A DNA stretch of 64,000 bases from the NCBI GenBank assembly GCA_946965045.2, contig OX337230.1, positions 2,914,001-2,978,000 of the forward strand, read 5' to 3'. Numbering within the stretch: the first letter of the stretch is position 1; each line of letters opens with the position of its first letter. The DNA comes from Epithemia pelagica (Eukaryota > Protista > Bacillariophyta). The position numbers and the translations under genes were made by a program. This document shows, one piece after another, positions 56,730-64,000 of the stretch. Under the pieces are notes generated by a model. It ran no database searches. It was given only the letters and a program-made list of their open reading frames with translations, and was not told where the DNA came from.

Positions 56730-57487
56730 TGATAAACTTCTCTCGATTCAACAGGGGTTAGACAGGTAGGTAGGATAGGTAAAAGGCTCGCTGAGCCGAC
56801 AATCGAATCACCAACCGATACAACAATCCTCCACGGGTCAGAGAAGAGTTGCAAGTCGAAGTCCGCCGTGGGTGGGGGCAGTCGGTCCACTGATAAGAGG
56901 TTAGTCTTAAGATGAGTGTTAAAATGGTGATATTAATGATTGTGAGACGATTACTAACTAAGGTGGTTGATGGTGCCGAAGTCCTGGCTCTTGTATACGG
57001 CCATGGATCTGGTGTGATAGGTCCTCACTGGTTGGAGTAGACCGGCATTGGTGTATATTGAATGTATAGGGTGATGGATAACATGTATGGGATGCAACAG
57101 CTCTTGCTTTGTCGTGGTATAAGTCTTGTCCTGGGCACGTTGCTGTTTGCATTCTTGGATTTGTGGGAACAGAGATATGGTCTCGCGTGATCGTGATTCG
57201 TGCTTTGATTACATAGACCGTTAGGTCGAATCGTGGATGCGCGTACTCGGATAGTAGAGGCGCGCACTTGATAGTTTTGGGCGCGCACGTGTTGGGCCAT
57301 AGTTAATATCCGAGCGGTCGCCGATAACGCGTGCAATGCGAGCATGCCGTGGCCAAATTTATACTTCCGCGAGCATGCCGACATTCTTTTCTCACTTTTA
57401 GGAAAATGTCATCGGATGCCATAAAATACTAGCATCATTCGATGAGTTGTAGGTTTCGCCACCTAGTTTTCGGTGAGAATCCTAACA
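56730..57487 (-). repeat. 5' LTR (758 bp)
   Basis: Near-identical to 49188-49945. Confidence 0.97.
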
Positions 57488-60238
57488 CAACCAAACCCAA
57501 CTTCTGTGGTGGCGACTCAACAGAACAATTCTACGAACAACAACAATGCACAACCTCCTGTTGTTCAGCGTCGCGGATCAACACAACAGCCTCCACCTCC
57601 TTCCACAGCAGAGCGCGCACGACACCGAGCCGCAATCAGGAATGTTCCGGAATCTTCTCTTAGACGCTCTCCTCGCCGTCATTCTCGTCGCAGCTCAACA
57701 TCCAACCCGCCATCCACTCAAGAAAGAGCCCAAGGGCGGGCAGCTCTAATGACTGCTCCTAACGGCGGCCCTTCTCCATCAGAAAATGGGAACGATGAAA
57801 ACAACGATACTCCAACCACCCAAGTTCCAACCCGTCTTTTCGGCAGTACAAGTACTTCTGTCTCTACAAGAGCTACGGCAGCTGCACGGCGACAGCGTCG
57901 ACAGGAAGAAAACACAGAAGACGATGCATCAGAGAATGGGGAAGATTCTTCGTCTGACGAGGACGACAATGGTGGGTATGAACTGGATTTCAATGCCACA
58001 GTTGATAGGAATGTCGATCCCTTAGATGACTATGACGACAATGATGACAATAATGAAGACGAAGAAAATGTTGTCCAAAGCGACGACTCGGAATCAACAG
58101 ACGACGACGATGATCCCAACAATTCAACAAATCTGAAAGTGCTCATAGACAATCTACAATGGCACTACCGGACCGTTGGTCAGTCAGACAGTGTTTTCGA
58201 CTGGGTGGGACAAGAACGACACCATCGATCGATGTTTCGAGGAAGTGACGGGTTGAAGGCCGGTGTTGCAAATTCGTTCAATACTCCCTTTGATTGTTTG
58301 CGCAATGTTGGTGGACTTTCGAAGTCTCTGATTTCGGACATGGCAGCAGCAACCAATCGTTACTTCCATCAAAAAATCCGTCCTAAGCTCATGGGTCGGC
58401 GTGGTTATAATCACTCACAGAAGTGGAAGGATGTCACTATCCAAGAAATGACAAGGTTTCTTGGTATCATCTTGATGATGTCGTTGAGACCACTCGACAG
58501 TGGTGGTTATGCATCCTATTTCAACACCTCCAATCGAATGTACAGTCTTGGCACTGCCATCCCATCGGTAGAAATTCTCGACAGTACCGGCTGGGCGTCT
58601 AAGTACATGCGTTTGGCTCGGTTTCGCCAAATAAGGGGAGCCTTCCATCCCGAATCAAAAGGCGCCGCACGTGGGGGGGACAAATGTTACCAATTGCGTA
58701 AACTTATACAGGCAGTCAATGCAGCTTCGAAGAGGTCTTTTATCATTCCTCAAGATCTTTCGTTTGATGAAGGTGGAATTGGTTGTCGGTCTAGATACTG
58801 TCCAGTGCGTCAGTACAACAAGGACAAACCTGCCAAATTCCGAGTTGATTTCTTTATTTTGGCGTCGTCTACAAGTTACGCCATTTTACACATGGATGTG
58901 TATCAAGGCAAAAATGCCACGAACTCCTACATCAGGCATGAAGCACGGCGCCTTCCTACTACGATGAAGGCTGTTGTTAACGCTTGCTACGCGTTGGAGC
59001 TAAACAAGGAGACCAATGGCTTCAGGCATTTGTCTATGGATAATAGATATGCGGCACCACAACTTCTTGTGATTCTACGAGATCGCCTCAAAGTTCTTGC
59101 CACCGGAACAGTACGAGTCAACAGGGTCGGTTGGAGCAAATCACTGATGAATCTGAAAAAAACAAAAACCAACCGAGGCACAATGAAGCTTGCACATGAC
59201 AAAGTGAATGGTGTTATCATTGGACAATGGGTTGACTCCAAAGTTGTCAACTTTGTGTCAACATACGAGAACATTGGTACCGGACAAGTGCAACGTCAAG
59301 TGGGCCCAAACAAGGAAAGCTTCAACTGCCCACAAATGCTGATTCGATACCAGACTAACATGGGTGGAATCGACAATGGTGACCAAATGAGGTGCCATAT
59401 GGGCGGTTTTGCCACCCATGTCCACTTCAAGAAATGGTACAAGAAAGCCGGTCTGGGGATCATGGACATCATGCTACTGAATTCGTTCATTGCATGGAAC
59501 ATGTCCGCTGGTGACAGGGTACGGTCCAGACGCACGAAGCTATCAAGGCACGAGTTCTACACAGTCGTCGCTCAGGAGATGTGCAGTTATGTGCATGCAG
59601 ACGAAGTTGATGCATTGGCTCGACGGACTGGAGTACAGAGAAACACCGCATGCGAGGATGGTCACTACCCCGTTCCCATTGATACTTCGAAACGGATGGG
59701 ATGTGCCGTTTGTTTGTTGGAGCATCGGTGGAAACGTAAGGAGATTGGAATGAAAGGTCTGTTTTCAAATGTAGGCCAATGTGCCAAGTGCGGAATTGTG
59801 GCACACCTGGTGACATGTAAGGACGACCGGGAGGATGGATGGAAAATTCATAAGCTACCACAATTCGCGAACCATACTTGCTTTGAAATCCTCCATTCGA
59901 CACATGGCAGGGAAATGTTTATGTGTCGTTCGACAAGTGGCGAGGATGGCAGATACAAGTACACAACAAAAAAAAACCACCCTTTTGTAATGGCCTTGCG
60001 AGAAAAGCATGGTTTGTCCCCAGAATACACAAGGAAAAGACGACGCAGTACTGGCAGTGAAAACATGCAAGAGGACAATGAGGAAGCCAATGACAACAAC
60101 GGAAACGAGAACGACAACAACGACGACACTGAAAGCAATGAAGACGAAACCACCGATATCCATGAACTGTAAAGACCATACTAATCTAAGTAAAGAAGAG
60201 AGCATTTCGTAGTTCACAGTACATGTTTAGTAGGCTAT

Positions 60239-60869
60239 TTAGGCATCGCCATCAGTGGGAGCAGGTCGGAAACCCACATACTGTTCATCCGTGTTTTCAT
60301 TTGGAAAGTTTTCACGGACGAAATCTACCAAACAATCCGGCAGTGGAACTCGGTTGCCACGTCCAAGGGGACCGTGAAGCTTATTCGACAAGCGCCGATA
60401 TAGCTGGTATCGAATTGCACGGTTCGACTCACCTTTGTTTCTGAGATGCATGGCGATTTCATGAATGTAGCTAAGGTGTTCGACAACAACGCAAGGGTTT
60501 TGCTGGCAGATAGAGCACACGTTTTCCCAGTACATGTATCCATGCGATTTTGTGCGCGGCATGTTGTTGTTTAGCTCGTAGAGAATCTTCTCGATGCTTT
60601 CCGGGCAAGCATATTCAATGGGAATGTACCTTGTTTCGGTAGCTTCAGAAGTCTCGTCGATGACTATTCCCTGTTCCCCAGTTACCAACACTTGCGATTT
60701 CTTGAGGGTAAAGGGAACCATCACGCCACTGCGTGGTACACTGTTGTCGTCGAGGGTCGACTCTGCGATTTCGACGGAATCAATGAGATCTGCGAAACAA
60801 GGTGAGGTGAGAATGAAGAAAAAGGACTTCACTGACTGAATTCTTGAAAGAAAAGAACTCACCGTCCAT
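60239..60869 (-). CDS. piggyBac accessory gene with CxxC and KolX/P2X7-ballast-like motif (185 aa, 2 exons)
   Basis: ATG 60869, intron 60862-60790 (GTGAGT...CAG). CSICQQNPC...NRAIRYQLYR...LHGPLGRGNRVPLPDCLVDFVRENFP...YVGF. Lies inside the TIRs, convergent with the transposase. Confidence 0.7.
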
Positions 60870-60998
60870 GATCTTCTGATAGGATGTTGTAGATTGATCG
60901 TAGCCTTCAATGAATGAGGGATGAATGAGGGGAAAAAAAGATACTGTGGTCATTGCTTAACACGGTTCTGTTAGTGTTTTAAGGAGGGAGACAACTAA

Positions 60999-61054
60999 GC
61001 GAGTAGCACGTTGTCTCCCATAAACTTTATGGGAGACAACTATATGCTACTCGC
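60999..61054. repeat. Right subterminal palindrome of piggyBac
   Basis: gttgtctcccataaa (61010-61024) / tttatgggagacaac (61026-61040), flanked by gcgagtagca / tgctactcgc; homologous to the left palindrome. Confidence 0.92.
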
Positions 61055-61613
61055 ATAAGCTTAACACCCGTTCTTTACGAATGGCGTTAAGCTAGACTAT
61101 CCGTATTCATCTGATGTGTTATTTTCGGCTAGTAGGAGTAGTACTCCTAGAGATAATAGAATCTCTGTCGTGAATCTACATACCGATCACCGACCCGACT
61201 CACGACCAAGACCAGAATCCAACGGAAACGGACGCAGACACGAATGTCATTGCATGGGTACACATACACATAGATACGAGTACGAGTATTGTTTGTAGTA
61301 CTGGTAAATACGTACTCGTACTCGCAATGACAGGTTGCTTCTTTGGCGCACTGACACGCATGCCGCGCTTCTGTCACATCGGGTGTCCACGGAAAGACAC
61401 ATCAGACATTTTCGCGACCGATCGGCACACACATCATCTCCACATGCATTCTCGTCCAATTGTTTTTCCAGACACTCCTTATTGAAATTGAATCTCCTGA
61501 GGCTCAAGTCTTGGCCTCATTCTTTGACGGACTCATAGGGTCAAGAGAGCCGGGAGAGGGAGAGAGTCTGAATTCTGCGCTCTGCTTTGTCTTCACTTTG
61601 AAGCCATTGGACC

Positions 61614-64000
61614 ATGGCGACAAAGACTGCCGCATTGCGCGCCACGGCCTCGACCTTTGTGCCATCGTCCGCCACTGTCGACAAGGACACTTTGACTGCT
61701 TCTACGAAAGCTCCGACCAACCAAACCAAAAACCTGTCCTCTGTAATGACGCAACCTCCCTCAATGAAGACTACCTCGTCGTCGACGGTGAGTACAACGA
61801 CTCCTACCACATCGAGCAGTACCTCATTGGACGAAGCATCGACCCGGGAACTGGAAACTCCTCAGAAACAAGTCAAAGACGATGAAGATTTCAAGTTATT
61901 TACTGGAACTGCGACTCCTGTAGATAAAGAAGAACGAAAGCAGCAACAACAACAGCCAGAAACGGGTTCAGAAGAATCTGTACCACCACTGTGCCAGGAG
62001 AAGGACATTGCCGACAAGGACACAAAGCACGAGGAATCTCCTTCCTCGAACGAACCAACAAACGAGTCAAAGGAATCTTTGGCATCAACAACCATTTCGC
62101 CAGGTGATGAAGTGTCTATTGCTCAGGAGGATGTCGATAAAACAGAGTCATCATCTACGCCGCCGTCCTCTAGCACTGCCCCAAATAGTGATCGCTTCGT
62201 TTCTCCAAAGGATTTTGATTTGCTCAAGGTGGTTGGTATGGGTGCCTTTGGAAAAGTCTTGCAAGTGCGCAATCGACAAAACAAACATGTCTTGGCCATG
62301 AAGGTTATTTCCAAACGCGTTCTCAAACGCAAGAGTGGCTATGTGGAAAATATCCGGGCCGAACGTGATATATTGACTCGCGTGAGCAATCATCCCTTTG
62401 TGGTTACCATGCATTGTTCCTTTCAAACCAAGGAAAAGTTGTTCTTAATCATGGACTTCTTGGCTGGAGGAGAATTGTTTTTGCGATTGGGACGAGAAGG
62501 CATTTTTCTGGAAAAGACGGCGGCCTTTTATTTGGCGGAAATTGTCTTGGCATTGGATCATTTGCATATTATGGGAGTCTTGCATCGCGATTTGAAACCC
62601 GAAAATATCTTGTTGGGCAGCGATGGACATGTCTGCTTGACTGACTTTGGACTTGCCAAAGACTTTAGAGGACCGCGCGGGGGCGGGAACAAGACAAATC
62701 AAACCGAGGAACGTTCGTCTTCGGTGACACCAGACGAGGAGGAAGAAACAAACGAAGAATCGTTTCGTGCATTGACGATTTGTGGAACCCAGGTAAGGGA
62801 AGATTCGTTTGTCAACAAGAGGAAGAAATCATGCGATCCTTTTCTCTGCTTTTTGAATGCTCATGTTGGCTTGTCTCTGTGTTGATTGAATGAATCACTA
62901 GGAATACATGGCACCAGAGATGCTGGCGAGACAGGGCTATGGACGGGCGGCCGACTATTGGAGTTTGGGTTGCATTGCCTTTGAAATGTTGTCAGGCCTG
63001 CCTCCGTTTCAACGAAAACGTAATGAGGGGAGCAAGGATTTGTTTCGTAAAATCATGTCAGAAAAAGTGAAAATGCCATCGGGTGCCTCCGCTGAAGCCT
63101 GTAAGTTACTCAAAGGACTACTGAATCGTAATGTCCTGGCTCGATTGGGTACAGCCAAGAGCACCATGTTTGAAACAGGAGGTGTTGCTGGATTAAAGGC
63201 ACAGAGATTCTTTAGTGTCAAGGGATACATTACTGATTGGGATTTGCTGGAAAAGAAACAAATGACACCACCAGAAAACTTGTCCGTTGAAGGAGAAAAC
63301 GATTTGCAGCATTTTCACTCTGATTTTACCAATATGACGTTGCCTCGGTCCGTCGTGGAAATGAATCGAGATGATTTTCATCCTCGAAGAGTCGAGTCGG
63401 ATTTGTTTCGTGGATTTTCCTTTATTCAACAAGACTTTGAATTGCCACAACGAGATGAAATGACCCTCAAAACCTATTGGGAAGCCCAAGCAGAAGGTGA
63501 TGGTGAATCCGTTTCCGACGTGGCCTCGAGCAAAGTCGAAGAGCCGACTGAAGCGACAGATGCACAACCGGAGAAAAAGAAACGACCACCCCGCAAACGC
63601 AAGAAAAAGAACAATGCCAACCAAAAGGATGGAGTCGAGTCTGTGCCAACTACGCCTGCACCATCGACAGTAGGTGCACCGAGCAGTAATGGGGAGGCGG
63701 AAGAAGATGCAGCCGCAAGAGACCTTGACGCCCAAACTTCAACCAGGGACACCGCTACGATATTGTCGGCGAATGCAACAGGTGAGGAAAAGAGTACAGT
63801 AGCCAATGCTCAGCAGTCCACACAAAGTAATGAGCAGACAGGAAAGCCTTCTTCGTCTAGTAACAACGATGCCATGTCAGCAAAACCGTCGAGTTCAAAT
63901 CAGCAAAACAAGGGTGCTTGGTCTCAAACAGGACAACAGCAGAAGCCAATTACACCACTTACTGCATCACCCCGTCAAACGACCCAAAATACACAAGAGA
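61614..64000 (+). CDS. AGC-family Ser/Thr kinase, S6K/RSK-like (runs off the window end)
   Basis: GMGAFGKV, AMKVISK, HRDLKPEN, DFGLAK, TICGTQ, intron 62793-62901, EYMAPE, DYWSLG, and hydrophobic motif FRGFSF. Confidence 0.93.

Larger units (their letters stand above)
49188..57487 (-). mobile_element. Full-length Ty1/copia (diatom CoDi-like) LTR retrotransposon, 8.3 kb
   Basis: Two 758-bp LTRs (TG...CA); 5-bp TSD CAACC at 49183-49187 and 57488-57492; polypurine tract TGGGGAG next to the 3' LTR; intact gag-pol. Confidence 0.97.
48415..60172 (+). pseudogene. piggyBac transposase, split by the Copia insertion (1150 aa when restored)
   Basis: 48415-49187 joined to 57493-60172 reads in frame (..THQ-P-NPTS..). 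DLSFDEG, SMDNRY, MGGIDNGDQ, KKWYKK, and C-terminal Cys/His-rich CAVC...CAKC...H..C. Confidence 0.92.
48050..61086 (+). mobile_element. piggyBac-superfamily DNA transposon (13,037 bp including a nested Copia)
   Basis: TTAA at 48046-48049 and 61087-61090; perfect 12-bp TIR CGCCATTCGTAA (48050-48061 / 61075-61086); related subterminal palindromes; PGBD-type transposase inside. Confidence 0.93.

Noticed and set aside
49940-60200. Many antisense or alternate-frame ORFs over gag-pol and the transposase
   Set aside because: Shadow ORFs of long coding sequences, without independent motifs.

Overview
Eukaryotic, intron-containing genomic DNA, most likely from a pennate diatom (short GT-AG introns, bipartite plastid-targeting leaders, diatom-type Copia elements, HA-domain gene). 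Ordinary host genes: MscS-like channel, NIPA Mg transporter, M41/VIR3-like peptidase, TPT-family transporter, PXMP4, aldo-keto reductase, YciI-like protein, S6K-like kinase. Mobile DNA: an intron-containing Crypton-type tyrosine recombinase gene, a MITE nested in the TIR of its own family member, a Copia fragment bracketed by a 466-bp host duplication, and a 13-kb piggyBac element whose transposase is split by a very young, intact Copia element. Highlights: (1) a divergent UbiA prenyltransferase / DpgA-like type III PKS pair that looks like a two-gene biosynthetic cluster; (2) a 204-nt strand-specific rod hairpin with five repeated GA-[C/G]-GA internal loops upstream of the recombinase gene; (3) a piggyBac carrying a convergent second gene with a KolX/P2X7-ballast-like motif; (4) a Copia primer-binding site matching a tRNA-Asn anticodon arm, plus an extra leader ORF; (5) a Tse2-like ADP-ribosyltransferase and a Crinkler-type NTPase-nuclease. 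All family assignments come from motif recognition by eye, not from database searches.
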